A stretch of DNA of 64,000 nucleotides from Styela clava (taxonomy: Eukaryota). Numbering within the stretch: the stretch's first letter is position 1; every line of letters starts with the position of its first letter. The stretch lies in NCBI RefSeq assembly GCF_964204865.1, contig NC_135251.1:13888001-13952000 (forward strand). The letters are read 5' to 3'. The notes below the pieces were generated by a model. The model was not told where the DNA came from and made no database searches. It saw nothing but the letters and a program-made list of their open reading frames with translations. The position numbers and the translations under genes are program-made. Shown one piece after another: positions 1 through 12,462 of this stretch.

Positions 1-292
1 ATATTTTAAAGTGAATTGGAAAGTAGACCGCTAGCAAAAAAGATTCGGGCGATTTGGGGGAAGCCCATCTCTGTACAATGACTGCCAAATGTGCATGCAA
101 CTGTGCAATGCCCAGCGACTCTAAAATCATGAAGTATCGGTATTGTACGACACATCCTTTACAAATATTTGGACATATTTTGTGTAATATCCATTTTTTT
201 CCGGTTCTAAATAATTATTACCGATTAGATATTCTGTCAAGTGTCAATATTACCATTGTAAGTTTAAATGATATATACCATTTTTATAATAG

Positions 293-3200
293 GCCCTATG
301 ACAATGGACTGGAAAATTCACCTGCTTCAATTCCCTCTTTCACGCAATCATACACTGTGTCATTTCAAGCATCTAAATGTTTCAATGCGGACAATGCCCA
401 AAACAGGTGTTTTTGTCTTATAGTTTGATAGTAGCTCCTTGCATATCTGTGCCATAAAATATTGCACAATAGCTAGATATATCAGTTGAATAATTACCTA
501 GTACAACATGTGGTTAATACCGTATTTTCCGGCGAATAAGTCGCTTTTCTAGACCCAAATTTTTAGCCTGATTTTGGGGGGGGGGGCGTCTTATTAGGCG
601 AGTATGATCATTTTCATTTTTTTGTTGCCCTATCATTGAATCCGGACAATAAAATTCCTTCGGCGATAGCATCCCCGACGTCCTCATCAGGTTAGTTTAA
701 TTAAATCGACATTCTCGTGCTGGGAATCTGAAATTTCAATGCTGCGATTATCATATTTGCATTATCATATATGGACTGAATATTACGCTACAAAAAAAAG
801 TCATAGGCTATTTTAACCAATGCGCAAACGTGGCGACCGCTCGAAAGGCATTGCATGGTAATTTGAGATTCCCGACGTTGATGCGATTTTACTACCCCCG
901 ACTTATCGGCCGGTTATATGCAAAAACCCATTTTTTCAGGCTTAAAAACAGGCCTCGTCTTATTCGACAGGTAGACTTATTTGCCGGAAAATATGGTAAT
1001 TAATATTAATGAAAAATTTATATTCTGGCAATTAGTATAGGCCATTAGTTCACGTTTATCATCTGAAAGACAATCATGTACTATATATTGTGTAACACTA
1101 ACTTGATTTTCAGAGATCAAGTCATACTCCAATCCAGTCCATGGAAAAATTGTTGGGACAGGCGGTAGAAACTCTTATGCTACAAGCTACGGCATCTGCA
1201 ACTTTCCACTGATTATAGTGTGGACTCGGACATACAGGAATTGATGAAATTCATTGTCAATCCATTGTCTGATTACATTTTGATCCAGAAAACATTCAAG
1301 GATGAAAAAATGGCTCGTAAGTTGAATACTTTTATAGGCTGATTACATACACTTTACGGCGGTGGTTCCCAAACTTTTTTTTCCGCGACCCAAATTTTTG
1401 TAAAATCACAGACTACAGATACTTGCGACCCCACAACGAGAAAACATTAAAAATCAATTTATTCTATTCAATCATTCTGGTGGAAATTGACTGTAAGTTT
1501 GCGGGGCATTAGTGTAACGTGGTTGTACTGGTACTTAACTGTTTAGTTCAGTGGTTCCCAACCTTTTTACCCCAGCCGTCAAGCAAAATTAATTTAAGAG
1601 TTCGCTGACCGTGCACATGCCATCGTATGAAGACCACGATGTAAAATTCTCTGAGATTCAGAATATTTGTTTAGTTTTAGTACAATGTTAAAATATTGCA
1701 GATTACTCCATAATTAATTGGAAAACTAAACAGAACATGAAAGTAAAATAGGTGAAAATACCTTTGCTGGGTCTCATCTTATTGAGTGCCTTTTATTTTT
1801 TGTTGTTTTGTTTTTGACTGCATGAATCGCTTCGAATTTATGTATGAAATACAATATGCCCCATATTTTCGCTTCGTGTTCGAGGAAGATTATTTTAATG
1901 TCTAAATACGATCTGATTGCAATATTAAAATTGTTCACTTTTATACGAATGGGATGTGGACAAAACACATATGTGTATATTTTAGAGTAGATACTCGCAA
2001 TAATTTAACATAGAGCTTTTGCAACGGATGGAAACCTTTTCATTAGATGTATTCTTATAATTGTGCTTATTTACTCATTCCAGATAAGATACTTGTCAAG
2101 TCTTGGAGGTTGCTCCGAGAAAGACTGGATTGGAGAATCATGAGCTCAGGTATAACAAATTTACTCTCCCGCTCTTTCAACTGTGCAGGACGCGGTGGTT
2201 AAGAAGAAGTGAGTGGGACGCCCTTAGTTTCTGCTATTAAAGGTACCGGTATGTAATATGTTTATCATATTGTACCACCATCTTTCTCTGCTCTACCCTC
2301 TTCTATTTTATAAGTATAAGATTATTTTGACTCCAAATCAGCTTAAGATAATTCATACGGGAAATGAACAAAATATGATTAAATAGAATATGACAATCTG
2401 GAGTGAAAACAAAACCTTAATTAAGATTGAAGCGTAAAGAATATAAGGTTTTGCCAAAAAGATGCCTATCGTGTTCATGAATTAAATTAAGTTACACACA
2501 CACAGCAACAACAGAGATATAATAAAATAAAAACAGGCGAGAAAATTTAGATAAGTTTGGTAGTAAACAAAATGTACTTGCCAGTTGCCACACCATTCAT
2601 TTTTATCATTATGATTGTCAAATTGAATAATGATTTTGTAACTAACTGTGAACAGTAAAGAAATTGAATGTAGATTTTGTATACAAAAGTGAACAGTATA
2701 GAAAAATATATTTATTAAGGAGATATCGCCAAGCTGATTATGGTTAGAGTCAAGTGCCAAATTGCCAATCCAATGTTGCCAGAGTTTGGTGCATAATGGC
2801 GAACAGTGGTTTTCGAACTTATTTGTATCATCGCTCCCTTACAGTACTTTTTACATTATCATCCCCCCCTAGCACAACAGCAAATGATGAAGTTACAAAT
2901 AAATTTATTGTAAATCAATTGAACAAATAGACTAATCATGGTGCATGATGTTTCTAATAAGATAGATGAATTTCAACAAGGAATATTTGAAGACATTTTA
3001 GTCAGATAAAATCTCAAATCATCATTATTCCCTCCAACAGATATTCCCCTTAAAACATTGTCTACGCCCCCCTTGCGGAATCAAGAATTTCTGTATTTCT
3101 CAATTATTATTGTCTTGTCAATGTAAGCTTCACTCACACATTTTCGACTACAGAAACTTGGCTTAAGATTCCTACTCTGAAAATTTGTTGGGATGCAGTC

Positions 3201-3343
3201 GTTCAGACTAGGCTTTGAACTCTGGTGCTGTAATTTGCTAATACTGCGATTTGACACAGAATTTTTATATTTTTCAGCTCTGGATGATCTGGCAACGAAC
3301 TCCGATTAATTTTATTACATGTATACATATTTGTAAAATAAAG
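293..3343 (+). pseudogene. Degenerate spliced gene remnant or spliced lncRNA
   Basis: GC-richer blocks bounded by plausible AG/GT sites: 293-406, 1114-1316, 2084-2149, 2189-2242, and 3278 onward with AATAAA near 3338. No reading frame runs through them; the 1114-1316 block needs a 1-nt frameshift. Confidence 0.3.
520..996. mobile_element. Tc1/mariner superfamily (Tc2/pogo-like) MITE
   Basis: Left TIR CCGTATTTTCCGGCGAATAAGTC, right TIR GACTTATTTGCCGGAAAATATGG, flanked by TA on both sides. Related fragments lie at about 25035-25110 and 47725-47804. Confidence 0.85.
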
Positions 3344-3422
3344 ACATTTTGTTTCTCTTTTGTTTTTTATTATATAAATAATGTTAGATTAGTGGGAAAT
3401 TTCTATGTAGTATAGATCCATA

Positions 3423-3743
3423 CCCTGTCTGTACAACACATCGCCTAACTTGGCCCGACCATGTGCCACGATTGTATTACAGCGTGTCACCTACGTAGGC
3501 CCGGCCATATGTCACGATTGTGTTACAACGTATCGCCCACGTTGGACCGGCCATATTTCACGATTGTGTTACAACGTATCGCCTACGTTGGCCCGACCGT
3601 TTGCCACCGTTGCATTACAACGAAAGGACCGACGTTGGCCCAGCGGCCAAATCTTCGCTGGAACATGGTTGTTCGCCATTATTGGGCCGGTGGTTCGAAC
3701 AACGTTCGGCCATGGTTGTTCCGACGTAGTTGTGCTATCTGGG
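3423..3743. mobile_element. Non-autonomous DNA element with CCC(A/T)G termini and an internal 46-bp tandem repeat (CMC/EnSpm-like)
   Basis: The left end CCCTGTCTGTACAAC-ACATCG resembles the reverse complement of the right end CCCAGATAGCACAACTACGTCG. About 4.3 copies of a 46-bp unit (CGCCTACGTTGGCCCGGCCATATGTCACGATTGTGTTACAACGTAT) lie at 3442-3645. Confidence 0.6.
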
Positions 3744-3949
3744 CTGTTGCACAAACCACGCAATGCTTTTGAGGCAGCAACCCTGCCATTTTTTGGATCA
3801 AGAAACTTGAATAAAACTAAATCCTGATATCGACGCCTTCGACATTTTTCCATCAGGATTTTTAAAGTAGATCTGAAAAATTGATCGGGTCATATGAGTA
3901 CATAATCACAACAATACCTTGTTTGAGTAAATTAGAATCATAATACAGG

Positions 3950-4003
3950 AACAAAAAACACAAACAACCCACAAAGCGTGGGATATATTAGTATGTTTTA
4001 TTC
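3950..4003 (-). terminator. Minus-strand polyadenylation signal (possible distal TMED10 site)
   Basis: The minus strand reads AATAAA (about 3997-4002), followed about 25 nt later by a GU/U-rich tract TTTGTGGGTTGTTTGTGTTTTTTG. Confidence 0.4.
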
Positions 4004-6088
4004 GTAAATAAATACTAATACCTAGATGAGCGATTGTCGAAGAAAGCTGTTTCGCGGGAAGGGTCTTATGCGGAAATGGTAATCATGACTCAAAACTCTC
4101 TGCCGAGTACCCTTTGAGGTGCTGAACTAATTTGCGCTTTAAAAGCTCCTCATACGTGGAAAACTTGTCTTTAGCAAAACCAAACTACACACGTTCCGCC
4201 AAACGTGTGCATTTTCCAGGATCCATGACGCGAGCGTAATGTTTGGCATCAATTCGCCGAGAACTGTAACTCATTTGGACAGATTTACTCTGCAATTTGC
4301 AGCCTTTCATCTATCGCGTCTCTATCTCTACTTTGTCGAATTTGCGACGCCGGCTTGTCTATCTTCGTGGTAACAATTAATCAATGTGGTTACTCGTCAC
4401 TATCTCCGCTTCGGCACATTTATCAGAAGGCTCACTACGTCAATAACAAGGACTTTGGACATAGACGCCTAGACATTCAATTAAGGTTATATATCTGCAG
4501 GCCTACAAGAATACGCCTGACAGCCGATAATCTGACCCCGATTCTAGCAGTCCACACCAAGGCTATGTTACTCATGCCTACATCAAACAGCAGCACTAAT
4601 CTGTTCCAGCATCACAATCATTTACTTCAAAAAACAGAAGACTTGTGGTCAAAAGGTCAACTCCAGGTAGAAGAAAATACGAAATGCAGCCGAATTTTTA
4701 CTAAAAAATTTTGGAGTAAGTTGCAACCAGTCTTTGTTTGTCAATTAATTTAAAAGTATTTTTTAGCGTAGTTGAAAATTTTGACTTTAATTACCCCCAT
4801 CAGAAGTCTCAAATTCATATTCCAAAAGAGTTATAATAAAATTTTTACTGTAACTATTGCAGAAAAATTGTGAAGAAGTAATTTATCACAATGCATTGAT
4901 TGGGATATACAGGCTACAGCGCAATATTTTCTAATCCCCAGGCCCCCAGCCTACACACACAACACTTCAATTACCACCAACATTGCAACAAATTCATCAA
5001 AATGTTTTCCTCCTCTGCTTAAAGTGCTTACGAAAAAAGAAATATTACATGCACAAAACCTTAAAACTAGAAACTGATAGCAGACTGTAGAATTTACAAA
5101 TGATATTCCATTCTTCCACTAGAAAATACTCGTATATGCTAAGTTTATAAATGAATCAGATTCAATAATTACATCAATCCATGTCCACAAATTCAATTTT
5201 GGCAACCAGCACATATAAAATTCTCAAAGTATTAGCACTAGCAGTGTATGTAGCCCATCTGATTACTTTGGGAACAATAAAGACTTCTGGAAAAAAGTTC
5301 TGCACTAAGTCAAAATGTGACACAATATTTCTGTAGAATAAACAATGCAAATATTGAAACATTCCTATACAAAACACCAACACTTTGATTGCTTTATAAA
5401 TTAATAAAACTGTTTGATTTGTCACCAGAAATTAGTTGAATGAAATCTTAATCAGTTCAAATACTCTGCTGAAAATTTTCAAGGCATATGCATTTCAAAA
5501 AGCTTCACCCACGATGTATGCAAAGGAAAATAACTAAAAAATCTCTCGAAACACAAAGCATAGCTTAGGAGTACCATCTGACTGCTAGTTTTCCAGAAGT
5601 GCCATTTGTGAAATCATACAATAATATTATGCTCTTAATCAGAATGGTGAAATGAGCTTTCCTATATGCTCAAGAAAAAACATACCCATTATACATTTTC
5701 AGAAAGATTAAAGAAAGAAAAGCAACCCCAAATAAATGAAGCTATGAACTAGCGAAGGTGTTAATGCATTTCATAATTGCACAAACAATGTCATGAAGTG
5801 AAAACACACTTGCAGTACATGCCTCCATGTGAATCTCAAAAGGGACTATCAGCATACATCCATTAATATTAAACTTAGCAGTCTTTCACCAAATAATAGT
5901 TTAAAAAACATTCTAATATTCTTTTAAAAATATTCTAATTTTGTTAAGTCTTTTGTGTTTAAGTTACACAGCTCACACTGATAATATTGCTGAATCATGC
6001 ATGGCACGAGGATGGTAGTTGCTTCAGACCTATCCATTGCCACTGCATGATCCAGTAATATCATTAGATCTGTGAAGGATATGACAGA

Positions 6089-8558
6089 CTACTCAATAAG
6101 TTTCTTTGACTTGAAGAATTTTCTGAGGTAAAGAACCTGCCATGTTGCAAGTCCAACCAAACAGAGCATTGAGAAGATGCTGAAGTAAAGTACCCTCGAG
6201 TTTGTTGATTCTGAAAAAAATTATAAAGAATAGAAGTATGTGGAATATACGTTTCTGGTTTTGTGAAAACATCTACAGTTTCTACACCAGTGGTTTTCAA
6301 ACGATGGGGCGAGTAGACAATTTTTTGACGGGGTGTGAAGCTAATTAAAAGTAAAAATATTTGTTAAATTTGCTCTTGCCCGCCTTATTTTGGATATTCA
6401 CATGGCAGAACTGGACCTCCAGAAGTATGCGCACCAGGATGGCGCACAACCTGAAGATAGTATGTGTACCGGTTAGGATTCAGGTTGTGCGACATCTTGG
6501 TGCGCATACTTCTGGAGCACCGCAGAACTTTTGATTTATTTCAATTTTTACATTCCATCTATGTACCGTATTTTCAAAGTGCTTTTTGACTGAAACATAC
6601 TTTCGCGTTACTGTCTGTTTTTTGTAGCTTATTGTTAGCTATTTATTTTTGAGGTGGGGCACGAGACTTGACAAATTTTAAAATAAGGGCACAGCCTGGC
6701 TTAAAATGTTTGAGACTACACTTTTATACCAATGTTTTTTATTTTCTATAGAATTGTTGAAGTAGTCAGTGATGCAAGTGACAATAAATACGGTAGTTTT
6801 TATTTATATAGAAACAACGACTATTTTGGATACAAGATGATAACTTGAATATGGCATTTTATTTATGTCATTTTTCGGCTTAGGCTGAATTGCCTTTATA
6901 GTCAAGTTACAGATATTAGAATTATTCTGGTACATCTCATTTACCATTTGTGTCTCTCATTTCTTCTTCACGTTTTTTCATGTAAGCAAAAGCATTGACG
7001 ATAGATTCTGAAAGATCTTCAAGTCTCCTGAGTTCAACTTCCAATGGTTTCAGTTTCTCTGTCTTTGCAATCTGGTATAAAAGATAGTACGGTATTTGTT
7101 AATAAGAAAGTTTAAAAAGATAAAATTTGGAAGTTTCAAGAATTCGTCTAGAAAGAGTCTACCGTAGTTCTGAATATAATTAATTTGAATCATCTCAATA
7201 CTGTATGATTGCTTCCAAAGTTATTTTTGGGTCACAAAATAAAGAAATGCATAGCTTCATAATTAAATTTGATTATTTCACAATTAAGAGAATATCTAAT
7301 GTCCAGGTTGAAAAATACAGTCTCTGCGATCATCATCTGTAATTTAAAATATTGAACATTTTATTTTAAGAGAAAATCTCACGTCTTCATAATTCTTTGC
7401 TTCGACACCTCTCTTTACAATTATTCTGATATCCTGATCAGGTAATCGACCTAAATCAAAAAATATTCCATTGTTATCAACTAAAGATCTTTTATGATTA
7501 AAACATTATTCACAAACTACTATTAAAACTTCATACCTGCAATACCATTTTCAAATCAAAAAAAGTTTCAGAATCAACAAAATAATGACACTAGTGCTCA
7601 TACCACTGTTGGATGGTTGCAAATAAGTTTGGAAATATCTCATTAATAAATTGTATACAACGAAATGGATACATTGAACTTACCCTGGACTTCTGAGCTA
7701 CTCTTGTAGCAGATCTGGAACATGTCATAATCATCTGTTGTGAACGCAAATTTGCCATCGGCGGCATCTTCTTTTTGATACAATATATGTCCATTAGAAT
7801 CAGTCACCTAGTATAAGAATATAATTCAATATGAAAGATAGTACAAGATTTGAGGTCCAATCATAAAGAAGTTTGTTCTTCTCTTATATAAAACTCGATA
7901 TTTTATGCAAGTAAATTGACGTGCTGATGTGGATCAGAGAATAATACGTTGAATATGAACTTCATGATAAAAATATTTTGCACCAATGGGTCACTACAAA
8001 GTGATGTTATTGTTACAAAACTTGCATTCTGCTACATATCCAACCCAGATTTTTTTTCTATTATAATTTCCTTACTTTTGCCATTATATATTAACATTAT
8101 TTTATGTAACTATCCTAAAATAACAATAATTCTGTCTTCACAAGTGGTTATTGTATGATTGTGCATTTGTCATCATTAATCGAGCAATCCTCATTTTGAG
8201 GATCATTTTTTCAATCAAAAGCTCATAAATGACTATAAATTCATGTGATATTTTCAACCTTTTTGCTAGGTTTATGGAAGCAATCCCTCTTAATGGGCGT
8301 GAAAGAATTCTTAACATAGACGTACATTGTACAAAAACAATTAAAGTCAATTCAATTTATATTGAATATATTCAAATTATTTACCAGGAGATGAACTTTC
8401 ACTCCAGATACTGGATGAACTTCATATTCTCCTTTTACAAGAACATCTTTATGAACTTCTTCTTTCAAGCATTTTTCAGTGTTAACAGGTAGTTTAAAGT
8501 ACAGTGCATTGCAACAAATTGCCGATGTGAAAAATAATATACAAGTCAGGAGTCTCAT
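6089..8558 (-). CDS. TMED10: Transmembrane emp24 domain-containing protein 10 (p24delta/Tmp21), 5 coding exons, 204 aa
   Basis: Exons (minus): 8385-8558, 7684-7807, 7383-7450, 6945-7071, 6089-6210. All introns are GT-AG and phases are consistent (615 nt). The translation has a signal peptide ([18 protein letters not shown]) and a GOLD domain ([17 protein letters not shown]...[16 protein letters not shown]). It continues with a coiled coil ([45 protein letters not shown]), a TM helix and the tail FFKSKKLIE, all hallmarks of TMED10. Confidence 0.97.
6288..6722. mobile_element. Degenerate hAT-like MITE in TMED10 intron 4, hosting a nested GG-MITE
   Basis: Left end CAGTGGTTTTCAAAC, degenerate right end GTTTGAGACTACACT. 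Similar CAGTGGTT ends occur at about 1359, 1549 and 2803. Confidence 0.45.
6413..6521. mobile_element. GG...CC MITE, short palindromic form
   Basis: Nearly fully palindromic 109 bp with 8-bp TSD GCAGAACT. A close copy lies at 63026-63135 in the opposite orientation. Confidence 0.9.
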
Positions 8559-8727
8559 GTTGATCCGAGTAATATATATTATATAATGTGGGACTGATAT
8601 AAACTGTAAGTACAACATGATATAATAATAGTATGAAAAAGGTGCGGGGGGGGGGGGGGGGGGGGGGGTAGAAACATACTATTTTTGTATTACATATTCA
8701 TGAGTATTTTCTCTCCGAACAAGACTC

Positions 8728-8962
8728 GGTGCTCCCGAAGTATGCAAACCAAGATGGCGGACATCGGAACGTAACATGGGTAACAGGTTAGGGTTAGGCG
8801 ATAAATTTTTTCCAATTTTCCTTATTTTAGTCCTATTATCAGTTCGAAGACTAGCCAAGAGCCTCCTGTAGTATTTATACCTAAAATTATGGCCTAACAC
8901 TAACCTAGTACACATATTACATTCCGATGTCCGCCATGTTGGTCGCATACTTCGGGAGCCCC
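8728..8962. mobile_element. GG...CC MITE, long form with TTAGGG units
   Basis: TIRs GGTGCTCCCGAAGTATGC..CCAAGATGGCGGACATCGGAA and TTCCGATGTCCGCCATGTTGGTCGCATACTTCGGGAGCCCC; 8-bp TSD CAAGACTC. Confidence 0.9.
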
Positions 8963-10199
8963 CAAGACTCTGCAAATGAGGCCACTGCTAGGTAAGAAGC
9001 CACTGCATTAGAAGTACAGGACTTTTTTTCGGTTCGGCCTTATCCAGCTAATTTATTACACAATGGGGTGGGGGGCATGAGATTTGAGACCAAAATTTGA
9101 GTTATCAACTCTAACACTTTACTCACTAGTTCACCACACCCACAAATGATATACATGCTCAACAGAACATATTGACGCTACAGCAATGATAGACCCCATC
9201 ATTCAAGGATGTGGATATCCTGGTTACATGACTTATGAATATGAACCTAATACTCAACTAGTCTTTTTTATTAACAATGAATAAGTAGGTCACCTAATTA
9301 GTTAATCCAGGAAATAGGAAACTAGGAGTCCATTCTGAGTACACTATACTATGAAACAGCAGAAAGTGTTTCTGATCAAATGACACAAATTCTGTTCTGC
9401 TAAACATGTTTTTCATAATGATTTTAATTCTATGACAAGGTTGAGAATGTAGAATGATTCCATTAATTAAATGCCAAATTTACGAACTATAATAGTTTTT
9501 AAAAAATGATGTAAAATACTCATTTTTGATAAAGAACTCCCCAACGAATTTGGTGGGGTTCCACAAATTTGGTGAGCCAAAAATGTTATGATAAATATAT
9601 ATGTAAAATATAGTTATCAAAAATCAGTGTGGATTCTAACTACTTACTGAAGACGGTGTGAAACACAAAACACAGTTTGAAACAGAAAAATGAAAATGCA
9701 TCTCAAAACAGAAGGAAATATAAATAAGCACAATACATAATGATTTCCAGTGATATATGTTAATATTGAAATAAAGCACTATCCTACCATATATAATGCA
9801 GTAATGCTTTATTTCTGATACCACCAAATTGCACATTGTAGCAGAAATGAACAATCATAAATTATAGGCCTAGGCTAGTTCCATGAATTCCAGAATTCTG
9901 TAATTTAAATTGAGACCTCTGTGCCTGTGAAGCTAGTAGAAAACCGAGAAATTTGAGCTGACAGAATTGTGTAAGAGCAAATGTTGCCACTGATTTCTAG
10001 TCAGTTCTTGTAATATGGTACCGTACTGCTGTATGATTCAATAATTTCCAGATTTCTGTATTCTTTCAGTTTTTATTTAACAGCTGCACTGCATGGTAGC
10101 AATAAATAGCAAATTGATATAAATTCAGACATTAGTAGACTAAATTCTCACTAATGCGATTTTTACAAAACTTCAAGCAACAACCAAATAATTTGTTTT

Positions 10200-10520
10200 C
10201 TCTGAAATACCGGTAAAGGTACCGGGGTAGGTATTCATTCAATGCCAGAATGATATGCGCACTTACTGACTTGACTGCTTGTCGTTACCCTCCCAATGCG
10301 ACAAGGCAACTTATCTGCGTAAAATGATTTCTGGGAACCATCAAAAACCCTCACATCCCTTTCTAAATTAAACAAACGCTGTGGGAAATGCCTGCCATAC
10401 GGACGAGTTGCGAATAAATCCAAACGTGGTTTTGGCAATTCATTTACACGTCACTACTCACGGTTAGCAATTTTCAATTTGATGAACGGAAACTTAAGAG
10501 CGCCATCTTTTTCATTTTAT
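10200..10520 (-). promoter_or_regulatory. Candidate TMED10 promoter / non-coding first exon
   Basis: CpG-richer block with a YY1-like AAGATGGCG (minus, about 10501-10509) and a minus-strand GTAAGT donor near 10266. A matching acceptor TTACAG lies near 8604, upstream of the ATG. Confidence 0.35.
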
Positions 10521-10799
10521 TTTAAAATATTTCGGCTTTGACATTTCATATTTTGGGTCTTGTATAATTCTTTTAGCTCTGTTTGTTTTTTCTGTCTAGT
10601 ATAACACTTTTTCTCTCATTTTCAACACACAATAATCCACCACCTTGTCGCCAACCGTACAGCGAAATATTAGAGTTTCAAATCCATAGTTTTCGTGATA
10701 TTTCACGTCCGTGGCAGTCTTGCATGAATTGGTGGACGTCAACGTTGAATCCAAAACAAGCAACGCTCGCCAGAATAGCTTACTTTCAAAACGGCCTTT

Positions 10800-11141
10800 T
10801 GTAAGTATTGCTTGTCGCTGTTCTCCATCAGTTCATCATACCTTTCCAAACCTACATACCAAGCATGTTTCGGTGACCCAACCCGTGCTTCTGGTTATTG
10901 TGATTATTCTGACTATTGTTGTCACCGTTATTCATAAATTTATTTATTTGAAGTTAATGCCCGATTCTGTATTTTTGTTTTATTGTGTTATTTGACTGTT
11001 TTTGGTGAACGGGCGCGTATTTTCACGTTTTTAACTTTTCTTTAGGTTATGCCCGTCCTCCAGGTCCTCTGTGTTTGTTCGTTTGTTATTATTTTTGTTT
11101 CGTTTTATACCAGAGCGACCGAAATAAAATTGATTGATTGA
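10800..11141 (+). mobile_element. Probable LINE 3' end
   Basis: T-rich 3' UTR-like stretch ending in AATAAAA followed by (TTGA)3, a tail type typical of L2/CR1-group LINEs. No RT ORF is visible. Confidence 0.4.
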
Positions 11142-11627
11142 TATCGCACTAGTATGTGTATAGTATAATAAAACACATCCCGTTTGCATGTTCGAAACCC
11201 TGTTTCAACTTACATTCATCCAGAAGTATACAAGTCACCTAAACAATTGGAATCTTGTCCAGCGCTCTCACCTATCACGTTCCCATCATATTTATTTTCT
11301 CCAATACAATTTCAATGTGGAAATTTCCGTTACTGTATTTAAAAAAAAGCTTTCATGAGAGAAAATAGTGAAGACCTGTAAATATTATATGTAGTAAACA
11401 AACATGAGTGATATATTGACGCCGAACCTGTTGTATTTATGCTTATTTAATTGAATTGGGTGGCAACGGACTCTGATGACCCTTTAAGGTCGTATCGTTG
11501 CCTCCCAGTCACGTAGCGAAATAATCTGCTTATTTGATATTTATATATGTATGAATATATTGTTTTGACGGAATGAAATAAAACTATCTCAATCATTTTA
11601 AAGGACTCTCAGGATTTCTTACCTGAA

Positions 11628-11801
11628 CCAAGTCCATGCTTCCGAAAACGAACTAATCCCATCCCCGACATGGAATGGTAACCGGACAAGAGGCGTGGCT
11701 CGCCATATAGTTAAGCCGTCTTATCGACTTTCCTTCACCCCAGGATAAATATGTGAAATCTATCCTATCCCCCAGGATAAATATGTGAATTCTATCCTAT
11801 C
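11628..11801 (+). mobile_element. SINE family A, 3' part with duplicated tail
   Basis: Overlaps in sequence with 12850-12921. The terminal CCCCCAGGATAAATATGTGAAATCTATCCTATCC is present twice in tandem. Confidence 0.75.
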
Positions 11802-12462
11802 CGGTTTTTACAACTAGATCTTGTATTCATTGTAAAAGAAGAGTGACAAGGTATTCAAATAATTTCAGTGCATTTGTTTTTATAATCCTAGATCAACATC
11901 AGACTTTGTAAAACATTTCTATTCACTGCACCAAATTTCGCCAACCCTGAAAAGGTACAAGATACTGGAAAGTGAAAACATTGATTTTTAATAGTAGAAA
12001 TAAACTAAATAGAGAGGAAACAATAACACTTTGCAGTTTGTAGTAAAACAATTTGTCAGGTTAAATGATGATGAGAAAATCACAATCACCATGACAATGT
12101 TTGAGAACTCTAAAATGAATTCAGCAACGGAGTCCACAAAACTTGGGGGCTTCCAATGAGCATGTGACTTCTGTAACGTGTTCCAAAAACTTTTTATCCA
12201 TGCCCCCTCTCTGATGAGGTCTTTGTATCTTGACCTTTTTCACCAACAGAAACAACTTTACTTTGAACAGCAGTTTTTGGCAAAGGATAAAAGGATTCCA
12301 ATGCTATGTGCTGATCAGTGTCCAGACTTAACCTATCTTACCGATATATCAAAAGACGGCATAGCCCAAAATCACAGCTAATTTGATAATGATAGATTAC
12401 TATGACATATATCATAATACTCATTAGTCATTATACTATTTTGCCATTCAGATCCATGGAAA

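Noticed and set aside
3442-3645. CRISPR-like repeat array
   Set aside because: The units are contiguous with no unique spacers, the context is eukaryotic, and there are no cas genes.
3450-3853. Four overlapping ORFs of 69-125 aa
   Set aside because: By-products of a GC-rich tandem repeat that lacks stop codons.
12211-12240. Hammerhead ribozyme (CTGATGA followed by a GGTC/GACC stem); similar CTGATGA sites at about 11473, 12725 and 40046
   Set aside because: The required GAAA after stem II is missing in every case.
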